64,000 nt of DNA from a virus. Taxonomy: Duplodnaviria; Caudoviricetes. Positions 16,890 through 25,834 of this stretch are shown in pieces; position 1 is the first letter of the stretch; each line of letters opens with the position of its first letter. A program made the position numbers and the translations under genes. Location: the IMG/VR virus record IMGVR_UViG_3300044723_007969; one strand, written 5' to 3'. The notes below the pieces were generated by a model that was given only the letters and a program-made list of their open reading frames with translations, made no database searches and was not told the origin of the DNA.

Positions 16890-17898
16890 CTAGATCGTTA
16901 TAAATTGCTGTTAATATGTTTTTGTCGTATGTTTCTGACTCAACACCCTGCAGTTGTTTGACCACGATTTGATCTACAGAATCAAATTTTTGTACTTCAA
17001 CAGTTGGTTGCTGTGCCTTGTCCACCTGCTCTGGTATTAGTTGCAGTTCCCTCAATTCGTATTTGTCTATAAATGTTTCTCTGACAAAGTTTGCTTCTTC
17101 ATACGAGATTTTTATGTCCAGTGTGACTCTCACGTACATTTTTGGTTTTAAGTATTTTTCAGGATCAGCCAATAGGTCACTTATCTTTATTGTGATGTAT
17201 CTTGGCATGTCTGGCCAGTTGATGTATTTGGGTTTACCGCCCATTTCTATTATCATCATGCCCCTGTCGTCGTCCCAGGCATCTGAATAATTGTGTGGGA
17301 AGGCGTTGCCCATGTATGTCACATTTTTCATCACCTGCCTTTTATGGAAGTGTCCTGAGAACACCTGTCCGCAGTTGGCAAAATGGTCTGTCTGTATTCC
17401 ACCCACGTCCGGCATCTCCACCATTGCGTTCATCTTGAAGTATGGCAGTTCAAAATGACCAAACACATACTGTTGATTTAACTTCTGTATCTTCTTCCAT
17501 TCGTCGCCAACTATCCATGGAATGATTGCAACATCATCTTCGACTATCCATTCGTTGACAATGTGTATGTTTGGAATGTTTCTGATAAACTCCATTGAGT
17601 TTATTTCTCTTTTTTCCCTGTAGAACAAATCGTGGTTGCCCATCATAACGTACACCTTCTCAAACGCTTTGCCCAGTCTCTCTATGTTGGAAACTGTGTA
17701 GTTCATTGTGGAAACGTTTGTGCTTGATCTGTGATGGTGCCAGTCGCCCAGGAATATACAAGTTTCACAACCTTCTGCTTTGGCCTGTTCTATGAACCAG
17801 TATATAAATGCCTCACAGTCATCGTTGTGTATTCTAGAATTACCCTTCATGCCGAAGTGTATGTCTGTGAAACAGGCCACCTTTTTAAAGAATGCCAT
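16876..17898 (-). CDS. gp47: Recombination endonuclease nuclease subunit (gp47 / SbcD-Mre11)
   Basis: 'TDIHFG', 'LGDWHH', 'GNHD', 'GHFE', 'SGHFH'. Confidence 0.95.
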   Translation of the reverse strand: MAFFKKVACFTDIHFGMKGNSRIHNDDCEAFIYWFIEQAKAEGCETCIFLGDWHHHRSSTNVSTMNYTVSNIERLGKAFEKVYVMMGNHDLFYREKREINSMEFIRNIPNIHIVNEWIVEDDVAIIPWIVGDEWKKIQKLNQQYVFGHFELPYFKMNAMVEMPDVGGIQTDHFANCGQVFSGHFHKRQVMKNVTYMGNAFPHNYSDAWDDDRGMMIIEMGGKPKYINWPDMPRYITIKISDLLADPEKYLKPKMYVRVTLDIKISYEEANFVRETFIDKYELRELQLIPEQVDKAQQPTVEVQKFDSVDQIVVKQLQGVESETYDKNILTAIYNDLDVNN

Positions 17899-17901
17899 TT
17901 A

Positions 17902-18882
17902 TTACCACCTCTTCTTGACTATTGGTTTATGATTGGTCATGTCAACTTTTCTAGAGTTAACACTTTCAAAATCTTCTTTGTCTATCTTGCCTTTTTTCTT
18001 CAATGCTTTGTTCAATTTTGCAATACCAGTTTTATTGACCTGTCGCACTTCGCCGTGTATCGTTTCCATTCTTTTTTTATATACTGGCGAACTGGCATCA
18101 TTTTCATTTTGTCTTGTGAAACTGGGCATCATGTTGTTCTGTTCCAGAAGATCATCTCTGATTGCTTGATTCTTTTTTTCTATGTTCAGTATCCTTGTGA
18201 AACTGTTTGTGATGGCCGCGGTGTAGTATGCGAATGGATTGTCCGACTTCGATTCGTCGAATTGCAGACCGATCTGTGATAGTTGCATCAAGGCCTGTGA
18301 CTGCATCTCATCATTATACGTGTAGCCTCTCCAGTTGGATCTTGTCCCATATCTCTCACAGAGCTTCATGTACATCATTGCCAGTTGGTTTGTCATCTTG
18401 CCGTGGTCTGATGAGAAATTTCCATTGCTCATTCCTCCCACCCAGTGTGATTTCCCAACACACGAAAGTTTGCCTTTTTTATCCAATCGGTAGTGTTGGA
18501 ATGGTGGGAAGTTGACCTTGGTGTGATGGTCCGCTGTTGTTTTTGGACTCTTCTTCCTTCCGGAATCCATGGGTATGTGATCGAACGTCATAACCCGGAA
18601 TACTAGGTTGGTTTTGTCTATCTTCCTTGGGGAGATGGTGTAATCAGATAACTTGATCTTCTTTTTGCCCTCGGCCTTGGCCTGCTCCCACGCCTTGTTT
18701 GACAATCTCTTGGCTTGGTTCTTTTTGGCCTCTGCTATGGTCCTGCTGTTGATCTTCTTCAGGTTAGGCACTATTATGTCATACCCTGCGTCCTCGGGCA
18801 TAACGTATGAACAATAGGTGTTCTTGCTGGCATGTATTTGTGCCAGTAAATCTCGGTTGTTTAAGTACTTTACTCTTTTCAT
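17902..18882 (-). CDS. gp55: Late-transcription sigma factor (gp55-like) with a large insertion
   Basis: 'YLNNRDLL', 'NWRGYTYNDEM', 'FDESKSDNPFAYYT...NSFTRILNIEKKNQ'; conserved 55-47-46 order. Confidence 0.85.
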   Translation of the reverse strand: MKRVKYLNNRDLLAQIHASKNTYCSYVMPEDAGYDIIVPNLKKINSRTIAEAKKNQAKRLSNKAWEQAKAEGKKKIKLSDYTISPRKIDKTNLVFRVMTFDHIPMDSGRKKSPKTTADHHTKVNFPPFQHYRLDKKGKLSCVGKSHWVGGMSNGNFSSDHGKMTNQLAMMYMKLCERYGTRSNWRGYTYNDEMQSQALMQLSQIGLQFDESKSDNPFAYYTAAITNSFTRILNIEKKNQAIRDDLLEQNNMMPSFTRQNENDASSPVYKKRMETIHGEVRQVNKTGIAKLNKALKKKGKIDKEDFESVNSRKVDMTNHKPIVKKRW

Positions 18883-18971
18883 AATTTTTCTGTGTTATTG
18901 GATAAAAGTGACCACAAACAGGTCTGTTAGATCGTGCCGTAAGGATTATTAAGTGCGCCTAAAATTGTGCC

Positions 18972-19015
18972 TATAAATATAGTTAAAGTATACGAAATTT
19001 TACAATGGAAAGCAA
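18972..19015. promoter_or_regulatory. Face-to-face late promoter (+) and sigma70 promoter (-) between gp55 and the baseplate operon
   Basis: Plus TATAAATA 18972-79; minus TTGCTT(19015-10)-17nt-TATACT(18992-87). Confidence 0.7.
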
Positions 19016-19023
19016 CCTTTAAT

Positions 19024-19857
19024 ATGATCAAAAAAACACTGGGTGGTGTAATCAAAGACGTGGGACAGGGTATATTCAACAAAACCCTGGGCAGACTCAT
19101 GGGTGCAGGTATTTCCACGGACAACCGTATGGTCCAAGCAAGGGCCAAGTGGTCGGGCAGGAATGACAAAAAAGATTGGCGTGTGAGATTACAAGTACCA
19201 AACTCAAACGAACTACAAAAATTCTTTGATTTTGCCAACAATCCTATATTGAACCCACTGGCAGAATCCAATGGTATTTTCTGGCCACTGACACCGATGA
19301 TGCAGATCCAACACTCTGCCAACTACGATGCCTTGGCAATGACACACAGTAACATGCCACAACAGGCATATGGTCAATCACAGGTTGACTCATTGAATAT
19401 CATAGGTGAGTTCCCGGTACAGAACAGCGAAGACGCCAAGCACTGGGTGGCAACAGTAAATTTTTTAAGGACAGCAACAAAGATGTTTTTCGGTCTGGAT
19501 GACGGCACAGGGTTGAAAGGAAACCCACCACCGATCATGCATTTGTCAGGGTATGGAGACCACATGTTCAACAAGGTCCCAGTGGTAATAAACAGTTTCA
19601 ACGTTGAACTACGACAGGGCATAGACTACATATCAACAGTACAAACCCAAGTAGGTTACGGACAGGGTAGAGTTGATAGAGGGCTGGCGGAACGTGTTCA
19701 GAGAGGGGAGGACCAGTCATGGGCACCCACACTGTCAAACATATCTGTGTTGGTAACACCTATATACAGCAGAGATTCCATGAAGACATTCTCAATGAAG
19801 AGATTCGTCAAGGGAGAGTTAAACGGTAAGGGCACTAACGAGGTAGGATTTATCTAA
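19024..19857 (+). CDS. Baseplate / tail-tube initiator-like protein (gp48/gp54-like); likely ATG start at 19024
   Basis: First gene of the baseplate operon; 'GNPPPIMHLSGYG..MFNKVPVVINSFNVE' is typical of tube-fold baseplate proteins. Confidence 0.55.
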   Translation: MIKKTLGGVIKDVGQGIFNKTLGRLMGAGISTDNRMVQARAKWSGRNDKKDWRVRLQVPNSNELQKFFDFANNPILNPLAESNGIFWPLTPMMQIQHSANYDALAMTHSNMPQQAYGQSQVDSLNIIGEFPVQNSEDAKHWVATVNFLRTATKMFFGLDDGTGLKGNPPPIMHLSGYGDHMFNKVPVVINSFNVELRQGIDYISTVQTQVGYGQGRVDRGLAERVQRGEDQSWAPTLSNISVLVTPIYSRDSMKTFSMKRFVKGELNGKGTNEVGFI

Positions 19858-20156
19858 TGGCAAACTATTCAAATACTTCACCTTACTTCGAAACAGAAAT
19901 GAGATCTACGTACCTGGATGTGTTGAATCCACGAACGTTGACAATAGAGGATGACGATCAGAGCTACACAATAGAAAGAACCTATGCATACAGACCAGAC
20001 CTTCTTGCATATGACCTTTATGGAACGCCCAGGTTATGGTGGGTGTTCACACAGCGTAATCCAGATCAAATAGAGGATCCGATATACGATTTCAAACCGG
20101 GAGTAACGATCAAACTGCCAAAAAAAGAAAACGTGTTAAAAGATTTAGGACTATAA
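19857..20156 (+). CDS. gp53: Baseplate wedge protein (gp53-like, LysM-type)
   Basis: 'YRPDLLAYDLYGTPRLWWVF...NP'. Confidence 0.8.
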   Translation: MANYSNTSPYFETEMRSTYLDVLNPRTLTIEDDDQSYTIERTYAYRPDLLAYDLYGTPRLWWVFTQRNPDQIEDPIYDFKPGVTIKLPKKENVLKDLGL

Positions 20157-20160
20157 ACTT

Positions 20161-22632
20161 ATGAAAGTTTATAATAAGATAGTTTACGACAAAGACAACA
20201 ACATCATAGAAGAAGATTCCTACGACTACGACGGCCCTGTTGCCCAGGCCAGAAAGGCTTATACATCCGGAACGGCCCGACCATCGAAAAATACTACGTC
20301 AAACTCTAGCAAATTCCAAACAAGATTCAGCGGCAATAAAAATTTACACAAAGAGACTATAGGACGTACCAACAATAATGATTATGAGGGAGTGACCGCT
20401 CCTAGTAACAATGGCGGATCCTCAAAATCTTATCCAGGGTCAGCCGCAAATTCAATGATAGAATTGGGGAAGTTATCTATCTCGGATAATTTGGTGCCCA
20501 ATCCACTTTTCAAATATGCCAGTTACAACACCATATTCACACTGAGCGCCATGAATCAGGCCGAACTGAAGGATCCCCAAACTCTTTTTAAGGGTGCACC
20601 ACACGACATCATAGTGAGGAGTGGGGGAATAGGAGATCCGCGGGTCAGCACCAACGCAGAACCTGGAGTGGCCAAGGCGGTGAGAGAAAAAATTTCAGAA
20701 AAGGCACAGCAGGTGATGGACGATGCACAGGCGGTCCTTGCACAAGGGCGTGACTTATACTTCAACAGCGTTCGAATGGAGAACATTCCAAGTTTGAATG
20801 AGAGACGTAGGCTCACTTCCGTCACAAGCGTTGAAATGGAAATAACAGAACCAATGGGGATAAGTCTTTTAGACAAGATACGTGGTGCGGCCGCCAACTG
20901 CAACTTCTTGGATCATATCAATGCCCCATATTTGTTGACAATGGAATTCAAAGGGTATGACGAGTTGGGCAACATAATATCAGAGAAAGACCAAAAAGTA
21001 CTACAAAGGAAGATACCTATTAAGTTGATATCTATGAACATAACTGTAAATCAAGGTAGTACTGTCTATACCATGAAAGCAGTACCCTACAACGAACGAG
21101 GGTTTTTCAATAATCCCACATACCTGCGTACTTCGGGACAGATACTGGCAGGCGATAACATACAAGATTCAATGAACAATGTCGCTAACCTACTGAACAA
21201 GCAGGTGAAGGATGAAAAGGATGACAAGATGATCGAGATACCGGACACATACCAAATCGTGGTAGACGAACTGTTCAGAGATGAAAAGCCAATGCAGGGC
21301 AATTTAGGTACCATGGACATAGCAGTGGGAGAGCAGGATCAAAAATTTTCCAACCAAGGAGTTGGTGGACAATCACCAGGACCACAGAGAGGTCAACAAG
21401 GCAAGAAACCAAGAAAGGCCGGCACTGTCAAACAGGGAGACAACATACTCACTATAATGTCAGAGCTGATGAAATCACTACCGAGGTTCCAGGAGGAAGG
21501 ATCCATAGACAAATTCATGGCCGCGATCAAGAACAGCACCGAGGAAATGTATTTTGACTATTTCATGATCGAAGCCAGTGTGGTGCCCGATCCTAACCAG
21601 TTTGACCGTCTCAGGGGTGTCCATCCCAGTACGATAACTTACAACATAGTTCCATACAAGGTACATGCGTATTCTCTTGCGGAACCAGGCACCAGCACAG
21701 GTACCAATTTTGAACCATTTGTCAAAAAGGCATACAACTACATATTCACAGGCGACAACGTGGACATATTAGACCTCAGTATTAATTACAAAGTGGCCTA
21801 TTTCTCGTCCAAGCTCAAAGACATAGAGGGCAAATCCAGTGGAGACAAACTGGCCAGTAAACCAAAAAAACCAGAAACGGTGAAAAAAGGAGATCCAGAA
21901 ACAGTGGATCCTTTTCTTGGACCAGGATTCATACACCAATCACAACCTGGAGTGGCCAAGTCAGTAACTAGTGGTATAAACAAAGGACCTTCCACGGCGT
22001 TGGATCAACGTATGGACGCACTGTCAAATCCAAAAGGAGACATGGTCAAGGTAGACATGACCATTCTAGGTGATCCAGCATACTTGGGGCAGACCCAGTT
22101 CATACCTACCACTGCCGACAAGGACATATTAGCCGCTAACCAGAAAAAACTGTCATTCTCGTCAGGCAACAGAATGGTGTGGAACGAGATATTTGGCAAC
22201 TACAACATGGGGTTCGGAGACACAGTGGTAAGGCTGACCTTCCGTTCGCCAGCAGATGTCAACGACAAACTCGGTATATATGATATCAATGAGCAGGAGC
22301 AGATACAGTTCTCCGGTTTGTACAGAGTTATAAAAGTAATCAGCACATTCGCAGATGGCAAGTTCACGCAGGTGCTTGAGATGGTGAGATTCAAAAACCA
22401 GGGAGACAAACCAAAGGTCTATGCGGAGAAATCTTACATAAAACCAAACATTCATGACAACAGACCCGGAATGCTAGGAGACGGATTAGTAGAGTTGGGA
22501 GAGTACAATGCCTTAAGGGCAGACATCAGGGATAGTTTTAGGGGTGGATTCAGTGGTCTAGTTAAAAAAGTAGCCGACGCCGCCCAGGATAAATTAAAAG
22601 AAAAACTAGGGATTAATATACACAGGAAATAA
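20161..22632 (+). CDS. Baseplate central hub protein (gp27/VgrG N-like)
   Basis: 823 aa between gp53 and gp5; 'MTILGDP', 'SGLYRVIKVISTFADGKFTQVLE'. Confidence 0.65.
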   Translation: MKVYNKIVYDKDNNIIEEDSYDYDGPVAQARKAYTSGTARPSKNTTSNSSKFQTRFSGNKNLHKETIGRTNNNDYEGVTAPSNNGGSSKSYPGSAANSMIELGKLSISDNLVPNPLFKYASYNTIFTLSAMNQAELKDPQTLFKGAPHDIIVRSGGIGDPRVSTNAEPGVAKAVREKISEKAQQVMDDAQAVLAQGRDLYFNSVRMENIPSLNERRRLTSVTSVEMEITEPMGISLLDKIRGAAANCNFLDHINAPYLLTMEFKGYDELGNIISEKDQKVLQRKIPIKLISMNITVNQGSTVYTMKAVPYNERGFFNNPTYLRTSGQILAGDNIQDSMNNVANLLNKQVKDEKDDKMIEIPDTYQIVVDELFRDEKPMQGNLGTMDIAVGEQDQKFSNQGVGGQSPGPQRGQQGKKPRKAGTVKQGDNILTIMSELMKSLPRFQEEGSIDKFMAAIKNSTEEMYFDYFMIEASVVPDPNQFDRLRGVHPSTITYNIVPYKVHAYSLAEPGTSTGTNFEPFVKKAYNYIFTGDNVDILDLSINYKVAYFSSKLKDIEGKSSGDKLASKPKKPETVKKGDPETVDPFLGPGFIHQSQPGVAKSVTSGINKGPSTALDQRMDALSNPKGDMVKVDMTILGDPAYLGQTQFIPTTADKDILAANQKKLSFSSGNRMVWNEIFGNYNMGFGDTVVRLTFRSPADVNDKLGIYDINEQEQIQFSGLYRVIKVISTFADGKFTQVLEMVRFKNQGDKPKVYAEKSYIKPNIHDNRPGMLGDGLVELGEYNALRADIRDSFRGGFSGLVKKVADAAQDKLKEKLGINIHRK

Positions 22633-22634
22633 CA

Positions 22635-25370
22635 ATGTCAGGATTACACAATTACGTCAGCGGTGACGCTTCAACTCCCAAGGCACCGGGTGTCAACGAG
22701 GATTGGGGTAAACTATCGCCGGGTCCATATGTGGGTGTGGTCAAATCAAACAACGATCCCTTAAGGGCCGGCAGGCTCAAGGTGTTGATACCTTCACTGA
22801 AAGGTAGCACCGGATCGGATTTCGATGGTCTCATAGACTGTGACTACCTGTCTCCGTTCTATGGCAACAAAGGATTATCATACATCAAGCAAGGATACAA
22901 ACACACAGACTCCCAGTTCTCATACGGATTCTGGGCAGTACCACCTGACCTAGAGACCAGGGTACTGGTGATATTCGCAGAGGGCAAGATAGAGGAAGCG
23001 TTCTGGATAGGATGTGTGCAGGAGCCACTTACAAACCACATGACACCAGGTATAGCCTCTTCTTTCAGAACAAGAGACTCTGACAACCAGAGCACCCAAG
23101 ATGAATATGGTTCGGAGAATCTACCTGCGGGTGAAGTCAACAGACTCATGGACATCGATGAAAACAATTTCGACCAGGCACCCATGCCGATACACCCACT
23201 CGCAGACACATTGATGACACAGGGTCTGAGCAAAGACAACATCAGGGGAAACACCACATCTTCGGCACAAAGGGAAGCACCAAGCCAGGTGTTTGGCATG
23301 AGCACACCGGGTAGACTCAACCCTGGCGCAACACCGGTCAAGGTCGGAGCAAAGGATTCCGAGGCCGAGGCCATAGTGGACAGGTTGTCCGGACACACAT
23401 TCGTCATGGACGATGGTGCAGAAGACGGCACTAACCAACTGACAAGATTACGTACGTCATCAGGACACCAGTTGCTGATGCACGACTCAGAAGGAATAGT
23501 GTACATAGCCAACGCATCAGGTAACGCCTGGATAGAGATGAACAAGGAAGGCAGGATAGACATTTACTCTGGTGTGGGAGGTATCAACATGAGGACACAG
23601 GGTGACTTCAACCTACACGCCGACGCCAACATCAACATGCACGCCGGCCAGAGTGTACGTATGTCAGCACCAGGAACAGATGACGTGTATTACAAGCCAG
23701 ATGACTTACCGGTCAAGAAAGGACAGAAGTCAACTGCTGATATAAAAGTCCCTAGGAGACCAGGAGAGATATTGATGTCAACAGACTACCTGCAGACAAT
23801 GGCGGAAAAAGGTGTGTTCACAAGTTCTCAGGATGGACAGATCTCCACATACGCTAAAGGTGGTATGTTCTCGTACACAGACGGGCAGGTGCTGGTGGGA
23901 GCCGGAGGACAGATACACTTGGCCGGTGCACAGGTACATTTCAATTCAATTGCGGCCAGTGACAAGTGGGGACCTAAATGGTTGAAACCATCCGAAGTTG
24001 GCATGGAGCCTAGACTAGAGGGAGACGTGGATTTGACCAAGAAGGGCATAGAGCCATTGGCACCATTCACCAAACAGACCAAGACAACAGTACACAGATT
24101 CATAACACACGAACCGGTGCCAAGGTTCAAAGGATTCTCAGCCGACGGTTTAATGCCGAATTTCGATGAAAACTCTGATATGATGGACAGTAAACAATGG
24201 TACAAACTTTCAGCCACACCAGGGACAGTGGAATTCATGGAACAGCAAAACAGACTGAGCCCAATCGCCGCTGTTAGAGACGGACAGGCACAGGCTGACA
24301 TGGAAAGGATCGCTAGGGACCAGATGGGAACATCTACAGATCCCAAAAAGGCCAGGGCGATACTGGCAAACGTTGGGAAACTTTATGACAAGAAATTTAA
24401 CATAGCCTCTTTATCAAAAGACAAATGGGACCTGGCAGACAGCATCAGCAGTAAGTTCGCGGGTTTCAATGTTTCAGACAAAGCAAGTGATGTCCTCAAC
24501 AACACAACGAAGAAACTGGCAGATCAGGTCATAGACACAATATCTGGATCAGATGCAGTTGCCATGTTCAAGGACAATGTTTTCGTTAACCAAGCAGGAG
24601 AACTTTTCGCACTGGGTGGAGGAGCAGACTTCTCTAAACTTGCGGCGGGAAATGTTAAGGGATTCGCGACAGATGTAGGGTCCAAAGCACTGGCCAACGT
24701 GGCCAACGACACATTCCAGAAGGCGGTGGGAGACCTCACCAAGAGGAAGGCCATAGGTGTGGACAAGTGGGGCAACATCGTATATGAACGATCGGTTTTA
24801 CCAAGTTCCGTAGCCGGCATAGACATATCCGGCATCGCGGGCAACATCAACATAGCCAACCTTGCATCCATAGGTGACCTCAAGGCCGCGACCAACGTGT
24901 TCAAGAACGTGGTGGCAGGACAGGTTACATCTGCAGTCACGTCGACGGCAATATCGGCCATAAAAGGACAGGCATCGTCCTTCATAACAGGATTTTTAGG
25001 AAAAAGCACAGCGAGAGAATTGGCCCGTGTCGGAGGAGTGAATGCGGCCAGCAGTCTAGGACTCAAGATAGGAGCAACCAAGTTGCCACAACTTTTAGGT
25101 GGACAAACAATTAGTTCTGTGGCATCATCTATCGGTAGTTTCTTCAGTTCAGGATTCGGTTTCAGTGATGAAAGACTGAAAGAAGACATAAGATTTGTTG
25201 GCAAATCGTACGCAGGAATTAACATATATTCATTTAAATACAAACAACTGCCTGGTAGGTACATGGGAGTAATGGCACAAGAAGTCCCATGGGCTAGGCA
25301 CATGACAGACACTGGTTACTATGCTGTGGATTACAGCAAGGTGGATGTGGAATTTAGGAGGTTACATTAA
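22635..25370 (+). CDS. gp5: Baseplate spike gp5-like protein with a C-terminal peptidase S74-type chaperone domain
   Basis: OB-fold 'GVVKSNNDPLRAGRLKVLIP', beta-helix region 'RTSSGHQLLMHD', C-terminal 'FSDERLKEDI...GVMAQEV...VDYSKV'. Confidence 0.85.
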   Translation: MSGLHNYVSGDASTPKAPGVNEDWGKLSPGPYVGVVKSNNDPLRAGRLKVLIPSLKGSTGSDFDGLIDCDYLSPFYGNKGLSYIKQGYKHTDSQFSYGFWAVPPDLETRVLVIFAEGKIEEAFWIGCVQEPLTNHMTPGIASSFRTRDSDNQSTQDEYGSENLPAGEVNRLMDIDENNFDQAPMPIHPLADTLMTQGLSKDNIRGNTTSSAQREAPSQVFGMSTPGRLNPGATPVKVGAKDSEAEAIVDRLSGHTFVMDDGAEDGTNQLTRLRTSSGHQLLMHDSEGIVYIANASGNAWIEMNKEGRIDIYSGVGGINMRTQGDFNLHADANINMHAGQSVRMSAPGTDDVYYKPDDLPVKKGQKSTADIKVPRRPGEILMSTDYLQTMAEKGVFTSSQDGQISTYAKGGMFSYTDGQVLVGAGGQIHLAGAQVHFNSIAASDKWGPKWLKPSEVGMEPRLEGDVDLTKKGIEPLAPFTKQTKTTVHRFITHEPVPRFKGFSADGLMPNFDENSDMMDSKQWYKLSATPGTVEFMEQQNRLSPIAAVRDGQAQADMERIARDQMGTSTDPKKARAILANVGKLYDKKFNIASLSKDKWDLADSISSKFAGFNVSDKASDVLNNTTKKLADQVIDTISGSDAVAMFKDNVFVNQAGELFALGGGADFSKLAAGNVKGFATDVGSKALANVANDTFQKAVGDLTKRKAIGVDKWGNIVYERSVLPSSVAGIDISGIAGNINIANLASIGDLKAATNVFKNVVAGQVTSAVTSTAISAIKGQASSFITGFLGKSTARELARVGGVNAASSLGLKIGATKLPQLLGGQTISSVASSIGSFFSSGFGFSDERLKEDIRFVGKSYAGINIYSFKYKQLPGRYMGVMAQEVPWARHMTDTGYYAVDYSKVDVEFRRLH

Positions 25371-25792
25371 TGGCATACGGTGATTCAGGAGACGGTGGTT
25401 CAGGCGCTCTATCAGACAAGCAAGTTTCCTTCAAAGGATTCAGCAGTCGTGCTGACCAGAAGAATTTCAAGTTGTATGATTTCGAAGTTGCCAAACAGGA
25501 CCTTATCAACCGACTCTCTATTCGTAAAGGCGAGCGTGTTGAGAACCCAGAATTTGGCACAATAATATATGATGCCATATTCGAACCATTCACAGAGGCA
25601 CTAAAAGATGCCATCATAGATGATGTTACGGCTAATCTCAATGCAGATCCACGTCTATCAACAGAGGAAATACTAGTTTCTGAGGCAGAACAGGGCATAG
25701 CCATACAGGCAACAATAACATATGTGCCATTGAATATCACAGAGAAATTACAATTTAATTTCGACGAAAACTCGTTGCTACGCCTATCTTAA
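25370..25792 (+). CDS. gp25: Baseplate wedge subunit (gp25-like)
   Basis: 'IRKGERVENPEFGTIIYDAIFEP', 'DPRL'. Confidence 0.9.
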   Translation: MAYGDSGDGGSGALSDKQVSFKGFSSRADQKNFKLYDFEVAKQDLINRLSIRKGERVENPEFGTIIYDAIFEPFTEALKDAIIDDVTANLNADPRLSTEEILVSEAEQGIAIQATITYVPLNITEKLQFNFDENSLLRLS

Positions 25793-25834
25793 TATACGCA
25801 TATTTCCTAACACATAAATATCGTTGTATATACT

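Noticed and set aside
22859-25312. Long minus-strand ORFs (234, 172 and 262 aa) within gp5
   Set aside because: Antisense shadows of a clearly identified gene, explained by codon bias
18953-25820. Possible T(A/G)CGC element 15 nt upstream of TAAATA (seen at about 18954 and 25795)
   Set aside because: Only two exact-spacing cases and other late boxes lack it, so it cannot be supported without a motif search
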